DNA of 64,000 bases, taken from Opitutales bacterium (GTDB taxonomy: Bacteria; Verrucomicrobiota; Verrucomicrobiia; Opitutales; UBA2987). Below are positions 22,930-33,907 of this stretch, in pieces (within the stretch, counting starts at the first letter, position 1; every line of letters starts with the position of its first letter). The notes beneath the pieces are model-generated. The model was not told the DNA's origin. It saw only the letters and a program-made list of their open reading frames with translations, and did no database searches. Location: positions 416,001-480,000 of the forward strand of contig CBDDEL010000014.1 of the NCBI GenBank assembly GCA_965226885.1, given 5' to 3'. The translations under genes and the position numbers were made by a program.

Positions 22930-23141
22930 ACCTCAAGGCCGCCAAACTTCGCTTTCCACTTGTAGAACGTGGTCTCGGAAATCCCATGGCGACGGCACAC
23001 TTCCGACGTCTTCAGGCCCCGCTCCTACCCGCGCGGGATGCCGATTATCTGCTCTTCACTGAAACGGGAACGTCTTCATGTCCATCTCCTCTCCAGGCGA
23101 TAGACTCCACCTTAAGCGGAAGGAAATCCAGGGGCCCAGTC
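22930..23141 (-). mobile_element. IS3-family left end and degraded orfA fragment
   Basis: CRRHGISETTFYKWKAKFGGLEV helix-turn-helix segment downstream of a TG-starting end. Confidence 0.7.
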
Positions 23142-23620
23142 AGCCTGATGGGGCTTCAGGCGGTCTACCGCGCGCCGCGCATCAGCGATCCTCACCCCGA
23201 GCACCGGGTCTACCCCTATCCGCTCAATGACTTGGCGATCGAGCTCTGGTGCGCCGACATCACCTACATCCCGGTGCGGCGCGGCTTTCTTTACCTGGTA
23301 GCGGTCATGAACTGGGCGAGTCGGCATGTGCTGGCTTGGCGTCTGTCGAACACCCTCGACGCGGGTTTCTGCACAGACGCTCTCGACGAGGCGCTGGCCC
23401 GCCACGGCACGCGCCGGAGATATTCAACACCGACCAGGGTAGCCAGTTCACCGGCTTCGCTTTCAGCGGCCGCCTGAGGGAAATTGGCGTCAAGATCTCG
23501 ATGGACGGCAGGGGCCGGTGACTGGACAACATCCGCATCGAGCGGCTGTTGCGTTCGCTCAAATGCGAGGCCGTCTATCTGCGGGAGATCGCGGACGGCT
23601 TCGAGGGCCGGCTCGTCGTC
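23142..23620 (+). pseudogene. IS3-family orfB (integrase core) fragment, frameshifted
   Basis: WCADITYIPVRRGFLYLVAV, IFNTDQGSQFT and ISMDGRGR motifs with a frameshift and an internal stop. Confidence 0.85.
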
Positions 23621-23622
23621 GG

Positions 23623-24603
23623 TCAGAACTGATACTTTAGGTTGAGGCTGACGCCCCAGAATTGAATGTCCTCCGTCATCGCTGTGTATCGCACCCGCGC
23701 ACCGCCCGGTTTAACAGCGGACTCATGACTGCGGAGCTGATCCCACTCTTCCCCATCCTCGAATTCACCGAAATCCGCCCACCGGAACTTGAGCCCAATG
23801 GTGACCGGCTCACTGACCCGATAATCCACCCCGGCGATCGCCTGATACCCGAACAGGCTATTCGAGAGCTTGGCCCTGCCGATGGTAGTCGTCCCGGCGA
23901 CCCGCTGGTTCAGAAGCTCGCGGTTCTCACGTTCTGCCTCCGAAATATCCTCAATGTCCTTGTCAATTGTGAATGTCGGTATGTCGCGAAAGTCATAATT
24001 CCTCGCCCATCGGTTAAAGTAGTCCAAGGAAATCTGCGCAAACCCGACTCCAAATCCCACGTACGGTGTAAACTTCGAGTCCGAGCGGAAGTCGTAGTAC
24101 AGGTTGGCGAAGAAGTTGTGCGACAGCACGTCATCGACCCCGGCTTCTATGTAGCTGAGTTCATCTTGCTTACCACCCTGGAACGGTTCCCCCGCAGGTA
24201 GTAGCTGGATGTTATCGATCGATTCATCATAGGTCGTGCCGCGATAGAAATATTCCCCCTCGACCCTTAATCTCTCCAGGCGATACCCAAAGGCCACCCC
24301 GGCCAAAAGGCCAGTGCCCCCATCAAACTGCTGAATCCAGGAGAAAGCGTCTCTCGTAGACTGGGTACAATCCTTCCTCGGCGGCACCAGAAAATTCCCT
24401 GCCCCGTCATTATTAATGAACCCGTCGCATTGAGTTGCAACATCATTATCCCAGCTCTCCACGTCCATGCCCGGAGCCACCGCAATGCCCAAGTCCATTC
24501 CCATGTAAAATCCGTTCTTGGCCCATATTTGGCCGGAGGAGAACAGCAACGCTGGCACCATCAGCGCGAGTAACGGGTTTTTCATCATCTCACCCTTATT
24601 CAT
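23623..24603 (-). CDS. Outer-membrane beta-barrel protein (opacity/Msp2-like), paralog C
   Basis: Signal peptide, GFYMGMDLG, RLRVEGEYFYR, NLYYDF, PYVGFGVG and C-terminal LKYQF. Confidence 0.85.
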   Translation of the reverse strand: MNKGEMMKNPLLALMVPALLFSSGQIWAKNGFYMGMDLGIAVAPGMDVESWDNDVATQCDGFINNDGAGNFLVPPRKDCTQSTRDAFSWIQQFDGGTGLLAGVAFGYRLERLRVEGEYFYRGTTYDESIDNIQLLPAGEPFQGGKQDELSYIEAGVDDVLSHNFFANLYYDFRSDSKFTPYVGFGVGFAQISLDYFNRWARNYDFRDIPTFTIDKDIEDISEAERENRELLNQRVAGTTTIGRAKLSNSLFGYQAIAGVDYRVSEPVTIGLKFRWADFGEFEDGEEWDQLRSHESAVKPGGARVRYTAMTEDIQFWGVSLNLKYQF

Positions 24604-24666
24604 TTCCTCATTGTTTTATAGCTTGATAGCAGACCCGAACACATCGCCGAAGTCTTCGATGGTGCG

Positions 24667-26600
24667 CTGAAGACCCTGTTTGTCAAGGGGAAAATGCTTG
24701 GGTTTGGAGGGAACTAACCGCTGCCTTGTTTGTGTGATCCCTGTCCTTTCAAACCTCGCCCCCGTTCGCCATCAGGACATATGTTAATCGAAGCCGTTCC
24801 AGTCGGTCGAAGCCGTTCCAGTCGGGCAACCCTCTCAACCAGACCTCCATGCGTCGGGTCCATACTCCAACAGGGATAGTCAGCTAACCGGTTCCCCGCA
24901 CAGCTTTCTAGCCCGGATATTTCATGAAGGGTAAAGTTTGGCTCGTTATTGCTATTGGAGATGGATTTCTTTGTATTTTGAGCAGATCGTCTTGATTTTT
25001 AGGTGTTTTTCAGGGTGTAGAGACACTGCCCCCTTTCCCCCATTGGTTCGGTAGTGCCGGGGGCAGCACCAATGCACCCTTTAGGTTGGCACCAATCGGC
25101 GGGCCGCATGGTTGAAAAGACTGGCCCAAGGATAACTCTCACTTAGGTGAAAGTGAATCGTTCGGGTGTTGCGCACGATGACCGCTCCGATCTTGATTAA
25201 TTTGAGCCGCAGGGTGTGGCATTGGGCCCGCGCCCACTTCGTCCCTTTTAAGGCTAACCGGCGCATGGCTTCCATCAAGGTGTAGGCCAGCGCCGACAAG
25301 AGCAATCGCCACTGATTGGCCCACCATTGATGGGCGCTGGTGCGCTCGCTGAACAATTGCATCTGTTCCTTGATTCGGTTCTCCATTTCACCGCGGCCAC
25401 AGTATACCTTGTCGTAAAGCTCCTGGGGATCGCCCGGCAGGTTCGTCACCACGAAGCGCGGGTTGGACCCCTGTGCGGTGTGTTCGGCTTTATGGATGAC
25501 CAACCGCAGCCATCGCCACGAATCGGCAGCATAGACGAAGTCCTGGAATAACCGTTGTTTTTTACCCCTTAGTTCGAACCATTCTTTGGCCTGCTTTTGC
25601 AACTGCTGGGCGTCTTGCTGCAAGCGTGCATTGCGAGCCATCCCCACGATGTAACTAACTTCGTTGCGGTCGCACCAAGAGAGTATCCGGTCTCGACAAA
25701 ATCCACTGTCGGCGCGCCAAATAATCCGCGTACGGTGCCAGCTTTGGCGAATCCGTTTAACCAGCAATTTGAGGATGGCCCCGGCATGCTTGCTGGCATC
25801 GATCTTGCTCGGCCGCAGGTAGGCCACCAGCAGCTGATCACCGCAAAAAACATATAGCGGCAGAAAACAGTAATGATCATAATAACCGTGGAAAAAACGT
25901 CCCTCCTGGAGCCCGTGCACCGGATTGTCGGTGGCGTCAAAGTCCAGGATGATCTCTTCGGGTTCCTCGGCAAAGGAGCCCATGAACTGTTCGACCAACA
26001 GCTCGTTTACCGCAAAGGCCGCCCGCCGATCCTGCCCGTTTTCAAAACGACACAAAGTCGGCGCGCTGGCCAACGTTTCAATGCGCCCCGTTACCGTTTG
26101 CTAACAATGGATCGTGGCGCAGGGTATCAAAGTCGTTCAAATCCTCATAGCCCGCCACCAGCCCGTAAACGCGCTGCCGCAGCATCCCCAATACCTCATG
26201 GCGTACTTTGCCCTTCTGCCGTTTGTCCACTAACTGTCGGGCCGCTCGTTCGGTCAAGCCCAACTGCCGATCCACTTCCCGGATCAAAAGCAGTCCGGCA
26301 TCCGAAGTAACCTCTCCGCCCTTGAAATCAACCCGCACACGGCGGCCTTTTACCCTTGTCAACTGTAGCTTTAATTGTTTACCTTTTGTCATCGCTGATA
26401 TTGCTTTAATTATTGATCTATCCTGCTGTATATCAGCAGTTAAGCATATCAACGATACTTTTTTTACGAAATATCCGGGCTAGCCCGACCCTTCGTGATT
26501 GAAAGGGACTTATGCTTCGCCTTGACACATAAGCGACCACGAGGAGGCATCACGGTTCCGCGGGAGCGGGAAGACTCGTCTCCGCCGGGACGATGGCCAT
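24667..26600 (-). mobile_element. Candidate non-autonomous IS110/IS1111-like element (about 360 bp non-coding, no transposase), split by IS1380 copy 5
   Basis: Structured non-coding arms at 26480..26600 and 24667..24911, with TTGACA near the distal end of the longer arm. The resemblance to IS110-family ends is from recall, not from a search. Confidence 0.45.
24912..26479 (-). mobile_element. IS1380 copy 5 (transposase frameshifted by +1 near 26102)
   Basis: 1568 bp with CTAG on both sides (24908-24911, 26480-26483). The ORF is split into 26078..26452 and 25081..26073. Confidence 0.95.
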
Positions 26601-26817
26601 GATTCTCTTAAAGCTTTATGAAGCGATGAACATAAATGTCGTAGACGGATGTGCCCCCGCCGAAAATCCCTACTATCCAGGCATGCAAGACATTAAAGAA
26701 GTTCTGGATGTAATAGTCGAATTGACTGAAAGGCTTAATCATGGCGGCTAAGTCCTCAATAATACGCTTCTCCCCTGACGACCGGGAAACCAATCTAGGT
26801 ATACAGACCTTATCCTA

Positions 26818-28640
26818 GAGGCTGTCCCAAAAGGGTGATTTTTGCGAGGGCTTTTGATAGGCGCTCATTTTAGAGGTATTTGCATTTGGGAGAGTATCAA
26901 CTTTGCTCTCCTATGACGTTAGGATACTGGTTTTGGGGTCCGGTTGCCTGGTTTTCTTTGTATGAGCCGACAGTACGGCTGTGAAAAAGTATTGTCCTTG
27001 CTTTTCCGCTTTCTAGGCCGCCGCTTTGGTTTTTAGTTCGTCTTGCTGGGCCAGCATCTTGGCTACTTTCCATAGGTTGTGCGAGAGTACCGACCAGGCT
27101 ACGCTGATCGAGCGGTTGGCAAAGCCTTTGCTGCGCAACCCCCGGCCTGCCAGCGATTCTTCAATACCCCGATCCCCGATCCGCCCTTCGGTGCTGGCCC
27201 GGCGCTTTTGCAATTGCCTGAACAGTGGTTCCTCCATCCGTTTTTTCAACTGCTTCGGATCGCGTGGACAGAGCGCGTCGTAGATTCCCTCCTGGGCTAA
27301 CTGCCGGCGGGCCCGCTGGGAGGCAAATCCCCGGTCCGCGCACATGGCCGCTATGGGTTCTTCCAGGTTGAAGCGGTTCTGTCTTTGCAAACTCTCTTGC
27401 ATTTGTTCATTTTCGCTTGGAGTTCGGCTGCCGTAGAGTTTCCAGTCCAGCAGGTACCCTTCAACGCTTTCTCCCAAAAACAGGGTGTTGCCGAACTCGA
27501 CCTCTTGGCCCGCTTTACCTCGCACAATCACCTGCCCATCGAGTTCGTAAACACTCAAGACTTTCTCTGCGTTTTTCACCTGGCGGCCGCCAATGATCCG
27601 CTCGGGCGCCTGTTTGATGACCACCGGGATTTGCTCGCTCATGCGCTCCATCCGGGCGAGGATCTGTTGGACCTGTTTTTCGCTGTAATCGCTTTGCTCC
27701 CAGCAGGCTTGCAATAATTCCCGGTGACTGCGGGCATGCTCCCCGATCCGTTTGAGCAGCTTTTTCATCTGCCTCAAGATACCCTTGCGCTGTCGCGCGC
27801 TGTCCTTTCGCCGCCGGCTGTGGGTCATCTGTATGCACAGCCGATTCATCTGCCGAGCCAAGGGCTCCGGTTCGATCGGCATGCGATGGCGCAAACCGGC
27901 CTTCTCGCGGATCAGCCGGATCGCTTTGAGCAACGTGCCGGCTACATCCTTGAGTAATACCCAGTCCGTCGGCCAATGAATGTTAGCCTCCAAACAGGTG
28001 CCGTCGATCAGGCAAATGGTGGTGTCAATCGGCTTGTCCAATCCCACCTGCCGGGCCAGAAGGGCATCGCCCACCACCTCAGTCAAGGTCCGGTGCAAGG
28101 CCCTCAACTGCTCTTCGCTGAAAAACTTCGAGGCCCGCTCCAGGGTGCTTTTGGAGATGCCCCTGATGCCATCGATCTGCCGGACACGGCAAAAGTCGGC
28201 CAACAGATCGCTGCTGCCCAGAGCCCGCGACAAATGCCGAAACGAAATCCCTCCGAGCAGATGGCCCAGCGTATCCATGCGCAGTGCCTTGATGGCAAAA
28301 CTGGCCCGCTGCCGCCGGGCCTTTAGACCCATTGGCTGCCACCCCTCCAAGGCCAGCTCAATGGCCTGCGATTCCACCTCCGAGTCGATCAGCAGCCGAT
28401 CGATTCGATCAATGGTGGCGCGGAAGTTATCGTAATCGAGGCACCGGTCGACCACAGTTAAAGCTGGACGCAGGAGGCATTGGATGGCTATATTTTTCAT
28501 AGAAAGGGCTATATTGATTTTCGCTAACTCAATTATAGAACCCTTTTTTGGCCGGATCGAGCAAAAACTTGCTCTTTCCGGCTCTTTTTATCAACGTCAT
28601 CCAGTTGACTATAAAATCTTTATATTTTTGGGACAGCCTC
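26818..28640 (-). mobile_element. IS5-like/ISNCY element, copy A (transposase 27013..28500)
   Basis: IR GAGGCTGTCCCAAAA at both ends, flanked by TA. DDE motifs LIDGTCLEANIHWPTD, RGKAGQEVEFG and ADRGF. Confidence 0.88.
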
Positions 28641-28687
28641 TAATTAGCGGTCAATAACTGTCAGACACAACATTCAAAAAAATTATT

Positions 28688-29785
28688 TTGAGCAGTATTT
28701 CAAAAGTCCTCGTTGTTGACGATCAACCGGTTAACGTAAAGTTGCTGCAGCGCAAGCTGGAGCAAAACGGGATGTTGGTTTGGCCCGCCTTCAGCGGACG
28801 GCAATGCCTCGACCAGGTAAAAAAGGAGACTCCGGACATCCTTCTGTTGGATATCATGATGCCCGAAATGGATGGATTCGAGGTCTGCAAAATACTCAAG
28901 GCAGACGAGGCAACCAAGGCCATCCCCATCATTTTCATTACCGCCAAATCCTCCAAAGAGGGAAAATTGCAAGGACTGGAAGCTGGAGCCGTCGATTATA
29001 TTACGAAACCGATTGATCTTGATGAAACAATTGCCCGGGTAAAAACCCAGCTCCGTTTTCAACAAATCAACAGGGAAAACATTGATCTGCAAAAGCGCCT
29101 GAGCGACTCCCGGCAAACGGCAGCTATCGGGGCGATCACCCAAGGAATTTCCCACAACCTGAACAACCTGCTGGGAGTCGTGGTGGGATACCTGGACCTT
29201 CTCAAGGCAGCAAAAGAGGATCCGAAAATGACGGATCGCTGCATCAATTTGATGGACCAGTCCATACAAAGAATGGTCAATATTGTCCGGCAGTTGGGAA
29301 CCATCGCCAATAATGAGAGATTTTCATTACAACCCCTTTCCCTGCAGCGGCTTTTAGACAACAGTGTTCGCCGGTTCCAGTTGGAAAACAACCTCTCCAA
29401 TTCCGTGGTTGTGAATAACAAGCTGGAAAACCTGCTGCTGCCAGCGAACGTGGAAGCCTTTGAAAGCATCCTTGGCAACCTCCTCATAAATGCCCTCGAA
29501 AGTTATCCCGAAGGAGAAAATAACCGGAAAATCACCATCGAAACGGAATTGGTGGAATCCGATACTAATCGGCAGATTCGGATCCGGGTTCTGGATGAAG
29601 GAACCGGTATCGACCCAAATGTTAAAGATCATATCTTCGAACCTTTTATCAGTGGGAAAACCTCCGTTGGACATGGAATGGGTCTGACCATTGCGCGTCA
29701 CGGAATTCGCAATCTGGGTGGCGAACTTCTGCTCAAGCCAAGAATCGATGGGGGTATTTGCGCGGAGTTATCCCATCCCATTTGA
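28688..29785 (+). CDS. Hybrid response regulator / sensor histidine kinase
   Basis: REC domain (VLVVDD, LLDIMMPEMDG, DYITKP), followed by H-box SHNLNN, N-box NLLINA and G-boxes DEGTGI and GMGL. Confidence 0.93.
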   Translation: MSSISKVLVVDDQPVNVKLLQRKLEQNGMLVWPAFSGRQCLDQVKKETPDILLLDIMMPEMDGFEVCKILKADEATKAIPIIFITAKSSKEGKLQGLEAGAVDYITKPIDLDETIARVKTQLRFQQINRENIDLQKRLSDSRQTAAIGAITQGISHNLNNLLGVVVGYLDLLKAAKEDPKMTDRCINLMDQSIQRMVNIVRQLGTIANNERFSLQPLSLQRLLDNSVRRFQLENNLSNSVVVNNKLENLLLPANVEAFESILGNLLINALESYPEGENNRKITIETELVESDTNRQIRIRVLDEGTGIDPNVKDHIFEPFISGKTSVGHGMGLTIARHGIRNLGGELLLKPRIDGGICAELSHPI

Positions 29786-29874
29786 AAAATCCTTATCCTT
29801 CTCTTCGGGATAATCCGTGCCCGGCCATAAATTCCGCCTCGACAGCGAGTTTCGAGCCCTCTTAACTCAAAAAG

Positions 29875-30681
29875 GTGAAGGTCAAAGTGTCATTTCTGGG
29901 CGCCGGGCGCATGGCCACTGCCATAGTTACAGGCATACTCCGCAAAAATCTTTATACAGCGGAGGAGTTGGGCTGCCTGGGCGCACCGGACGGTTCCGCC
30001 GAGGCTCTCTCCACCCAAACCGGAATCCGCCACATCCCGAATCTCGAGGAATTATTATCCCAATGCGAAATAATTGTCCTCGCATTCAAACCGCAGCAAT
30101 TGTCCGAAATGGGGCCGGTCCACGCCAAGCTCTGTGCGGGCAAACTGGTGATTTCCATCTTGGCAGGCTCCACCCTGGCAAGACTGCAGGGAAAGTTTCC
30201 CGAAGCCGCAAACATCATCCGCGCCATGCCCAACACTCCCGGCCAGATCGGGGCGGGCATCACCTGCTATGCAGCGAAAAAAGAACTTGAGCCTGCCGAC
30301 CGGGAAACAACGGAAAATATTCTCGCCTCCATGGGGCCGGTCATTCCCATTAAGGAAGAATACCTGGACGCCGTAACGGCCCTCAGCGGAAGCGGCCCGG
30401 CTTACGTTTTCGAATTCGTGGCGGCCTTGCGCGATGCCGGCATTGAGGCCGGCCTGGAGACGGCCGTGGCCGAGCAACTCTCCCTGGAAACGGTTCTTGG
30501 GCCGGCCCGCCTGCTGGCCCGCAGCGGGGAGAAACCGGAAACCCTTCGAGACTGGGTCAGCTCCCCCGGCGGAACCACCCTGGCCGGCCTGGAGGTATTG
30601 AGCAAAGGAAATTTCCGGCAACTCATCGGAAACACCCTGCAAGCCGCCAAAAAAAGGTCTATCGAGCTCTCCCAAAGCTAA
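29875..30681 (+). CDS. proC: Pyrroline-5-carboxylate reductase
   Basis: FLGAGRMA, RAMPNTP, TALSGSGPAY and VSSPGGTT motifs. Confidence 0.96.
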   Translation: MKVKVSFLGAGRMATAIVTGILRKNLYTAEELGCLGAPDGSAEALSTQTGIRHIPNLEELLSQCEIIVLAFKPQQLSEMGPVHAKLCAGKLVISILAGSTLARLQGKFPEAANIIRAMPNTPGQIGAGITCYAAKKELEPADRETTENILASMGPVIPIKEEYLDAVTALSGSGPAYVFEFVAALRDAGIEAGLETAVAEQLSLETVLGPARLLARSGEKPETLRDWVSSPGGTTLAGLEVLSKGNFRQLIGNTLQAAKKRSIELSQS

Positions 30682-30689
30682 GAAAAAAA

Positions 30690-30766
30690 TGGTGGGAGAT
30701 ACTGGACTCGAACCAGCGACTTCTTGCGTGTGAAGCAAGCGCTCTAACCAACTGAGCTAATCCCCC
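30690..30766 (-). tRNA. tRNA-Val(CAC)
   Basis: Reverse complement is GGGGGATTAGCTCAGTTGGTTAGAGCGCTTGCTTCACACGCAAGAAGTCGCTGGTTCGAGTCCAGTATCTCCCACCA: cloverleaf, CAC anticodon and encoded CCA. Confidence 0.97.
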
Positions 30767-31040
30767 AAAAACCGATCACCGATGTGGGCCGGGTGTCTGG
30801 TAGAAGGTCTACTTTGCCATCCCGGGCGTCTTCGTCAATTCCTGAAAATCAGTATTTCTCCCGCCGTTGACAGATTTCTGAATTTTTCCAGCCTACAGAG
30901 GCATTTTTTTGGCTTGGTTCGGACATGAAAATACCTGTGGATTGGCAAAGACATGCAGCCTTTTTTCTGGTATAAGATTGTTTTAAAAATTATTCACCGA
31001 ATTTATTCAGCGAGAGGAAGTAGGTCGCTACCTTGATTTT

Positions 31041-32057
31041 ATGAAACGAGCATTAATAACCGGAATCACCGGCCAAGATGGTTCTTATCTGGCCGAATTG
31101 CTACTCAAGAAGGGTTACGAGGTGCATGGAATTATTCGGCGCGCCTCTACTTTTAATACTTCACGCATCGATCATATTTATCAGGATCCCCATATTGACA
31201 GTAACCGTCTCTTTCTGCATTTCGGGGATCTTTCTGACGGAGGCCGCCTGGCCAAGCTTTTTTACGATGTCGAACCGGAGGAGATCTACAACCTGGGAGC
31301 GCAGAGCCATGTGCGTGTCTCTTTCGACATCCCGGAATATACGGGGGATGTCACCGGTTTGGGCACGGTTCGCATGTTGGAGGGGTTGAGGGAGGCCGGC
31401 CTGGAAAAGAAAGTTCGGTTCTACCAGGCATCTTCTTCCGAGATGTTTGGGAAAGTGCAGGAAGTGCCCCAGACCGAGAGAACGCCCTTCTATCCTCGTT
31501 CCCCTTATGGGTGCGCCAAAGTATTTTCCTACTGGTTAACTGTTAACTACCGTGAGGCCTACGATCTGCACGCCAGCAACGGCATTCTTTTCAACCACGA
31601 GTCTCCTCGCCGGGGGGAAACTTTTGTCACTCGTAAAATTACGCGTGCCGCAACCCGTATCAAGGTGGGTTTGCAGAAGAATCTTTTTCTCGGGAACATG
31701 GATGCCCGGCGCGATTGGGGTTACGCGCCTGATTTTGTGGAGGCGATGTGGCTCATGCTGCAGCAGGACCAGCCAGGAGACTATGTTATCGCCACCAACG
31801 AGAACCATAGCGTGCGGGATTTTTGCCAGGAAGCCTTCGGGCACCTCGATCTGGACTGGAAGGAATTTGTGAAAAGCGATTCACGCTACGAACGCCCGGC
31901 GGAGGTCGATCTCCTCGTCGGCGATCCGGCCAAGGCCCGGCAAAATTTGAATTGGGAACCACGAGTGACATTCAAAAAACTTGTGCAAATCATGGTCGAG
32001 GCGGACCTGAAATTGGCTGAAAATGAATTGGCCTACCAACAGGCTTCATCAGGCTAA
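31041..32057 (+). CDS. gmd: GDP-mannose 4,6-dehydratase
   Basis: [32 protein letters not shown] and [17 protein letters not shown] motifs. Confidence 0.98.
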   Translation: MKRALITGITGQDGSYLAELLLKKGYEVHGIIRRASTFNTSRIDHIYQDPHIDSNRLFLHFGDLSDGGRLAKLFYDVEPEEIYNLGAQSHVRVSFDIPEYTGDVTGLGTVRMLEGLREAGLEKKVRFYQASSSEMFGKVQEVPQTERTPFYPRSPYGCAKVFSYWLTVNYREAYDLHASNGILFNHESPRRGETFVTRKITRAATRIKVGLQKNLFLGNMDARRDWGYAPDFVEAMWLMLQQDQPGDYVIATNENHSVRDFCQEAFGHLDLDWKEFVKSDSRYERPAEVDLLVGDPAKARQNLNWEPRVTFKKLVQIMVEADLKLAENELAYQQASSG

Positions 32058-32101
32058 TTAGTATCCCCGCAGACAAAAATAGCCCTTCTTCGTCGAGAGA
32101 A

Positions 32102-33064
32102 ATGGAAAGCAGTAAACTCGAACTCAACGACTCCATTTTCGTGGCCGGCCACCGAGGAATGGTCGGGTCCGCCATTATGAGGAGTTTAGAGGAGAAAGGT
32201 TTTCAAAATATTCTCACCGCCAACCGTGACGAGCTGGATTTGCGCCAGATGGCGGTAGTGCGGTCCTATTTCGAGAACAAAAAACCGGACCATGTCATAG
32301 TGGCGGCCGCCAAGGTGGGCGGGATTCATGCCAACGCCACCTATCCGGCGGATTTCATCTACGACAACCTGGCCATCGCCCTCAATCTCATCCATTCGGC
32401 CCACCAATCGGGAGTCTGCCGACTGCTTTTTCTGGGGAGCTCCTGCATCTACCCCCGCGAGGCGCCCCAACCCATGACGGAAGAGGCTCTCCTGACCGGT
32501 CCTCTGGAGGCGACCAACGAGGCTTATGCCCTGGCTAAAATCGCGGGCCTCAAGCTCTGCCAATTCTACCGGCGGCAGCATGGGGCGCTGTTTCACTCCG
32601 CCATGCCAACCAATCTCTATGGCCCGGGTGACAACTACCACCCGCAAAACAGCCATGTCATCCCCGCCCTCCTGCGGCGATTTCACGAAGCGGTGGAGGA
32701 AGGCCGCTGCGAAGTCACACTCTGGGGCAGCGGTAGTCCACGGCGGGAGTTCCTCCACGTGGACGATCTGGCGGAGGCCGTATATCATCTTTTGCAACTG
32801 GAGGATCCGCCCGACTGGGTAAACGTTGGAACCGGCACGGATATTTCCATTTTGGAACTGGCCCGCACCATCAGCCGGGTTGTGGGATTCGAGGGCGAAA
32901 TTCTGCTCGATACGACCAAACCGGACGGCACCCCCCGCAAACTCCTCGACATTTCCCAAATCCGGCAGACCGGCTGGCAACCGCGTATTGCCCTTAAGGA
33001 AGGGCTCAAAACCACCTATCAAAATTTCCTCACCGAACAATCCTCGGGCATCCTGCGGTCCTGA
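32102..33064 (+). CDS. fcl: GDP-L-fucose synthase
   Basis: [29 protein letters not shown] and MPTNLYGP motifs; follows gmd. Confidence 0.97.
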   Translation: MESSKLELNDSIFVAGHRGMVGSAIMRSLEEKGFQNILTANRDELDLRQMAVVRSYFENKKPDHVIVAAAKVGGIHANATYPADFIYDNLAIALNLIHSAHQSGVCRLLFLGSSCIYPREAPQPMTEEALLTGPLEATNEAYALAKIAGLKLCQFYRRQHGALFHSAMPTNLYGPGDNYHPQNSHVIPALLRRFHEAVEEGRCEVTLWGSGSPRREFLHVDDLAEAVYHLLQLEDPPDWVNVGTGTDISILELARTISRVVGFEGEILLDTTKPDGTPRKLLDISQIRQTGWQPRIALKEGLKTTYQNFLTEQSSGILRS

Positions 33065-33127
33065 ATATTGGCGAATAATATTCAGCTGGCAGTTCCGTGG
33101 GCAAAATGTCGAACCGCCTTTAAAAAA

Positions 33128-33781
33128 ATGAAAAAGCCAGCCATGGAAGAACGGCCGCAGACTCTGAGGGAGGAGATTGCCAATAGTGTCAGTCATGGCG
33201 TTGGGCTGGTGGGCGCCTTGGTCGCCACCCCCATGCTGATTGTCATGGCCGTCCGCAATGGTGGGACTGCGGGGGGGGTGGGGGCCAGCATTTTCGGGGC
33301 CACCATGCTGCTGCTCTATTTTGTTTCGACCCTCTATCACGCGTTGGCCAGGAACCGGGCCAAAAAGGTTTTTCAGATTCTCGACCATTCCGCTATTTTC
33401 CTTCTGATCGCCGGAACCTATACGCCCTTCACTCTCGGTGTGCTTCGCGGTCCCTGGGGCTGGACGATTTTCGGGATCATTTGGGGTCTGGCTCTGGTAG
33501 GGGTGGTGCTCAAGGCTTTCGGGCCCATGCGCTACCCACGTTTTTCGACCTTCCTCTACCTCCTGATGGGCTGGCTGGCCGTCATCGCCATCCAGCAGTT
33601 GTGGCTGCTTATTCCAGGCTGGGGACTATTCTGGCTGCTTGCGGGAGGGTTTTTCTACACTTTTGGAGTGGTTTTTTACTCGCTTGATAACCGGGTTAAA
33701 TACTGCCATTTCATCTGGCACCTGTTCGTCCTCGGGGGAACGACTTGCCATTGTATCGCGGTAGGAGGATACGCCGCCTGA
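33128..33781 (+). CDS. Hemolysin III (PAQR) family membrane protein
   Basis: EEIANSVSHG, STLYH, LDHSAIFLLIAGTYTP and HFIWHLFVL motifs. The start codon is uncertain. Confidence 0.93.
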   Translation: MKKPAMEERPQTLREEIANSVSHGVGLVGALVATPMLIVMAVRNGGTAGGVGASIFGATMLLLYFVSTLYHALARNRAKKVFQILDHSAIFLLIAGTYTPFTLGVLRGPWGWTIFGIIWGLALVGVVLKAFGPMRYPRFSTFLYLLMGWLAVIAIQQLWLLIPGWGLFWLLAGGFFYTFGVVFYSLDNRVKYCHFIWHLFVLGGTTCHCIAVGGYAA

Positions 33782-33907
33782 TGGCGGAAAAAATGTAATT
33801 TCGGTTTGCATTTTCGCGCCTGGTGCAAAATCTCCTTTATTTTGATTGGCCCCTTTGGCCCCTCTTTGCATATTGGACCAAAATCATTATACTACCTTAA
33901 ATTACAA

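Noticed and set aside
19548..24603. Diversity-generating retroelement or invertase shufflon acting on the barrel genes
   Set aside because: No RT, template/variable repeat pair or recombination-site repeats were seen, and the paralogs are too divergent for cassette exchange.
24667..24911. Group II intron or retron RNA
   Set aside because: No reverse transcriptase, recognisable domain V or GTGCG 5' end was found. An IS110-like end fits better, though it is unconfirmed.
30690..30766. tRNA-Val as an integration site
   Set aside because: There is no adjacent integrase, and I saw no duplicated tRNA 3' end in the window.
32186..33388. 400-aa minus-strand ORF
   Set aside because: It is an antisense shadow of fcl and the hemolysin III gene, with no recognisable motifs.
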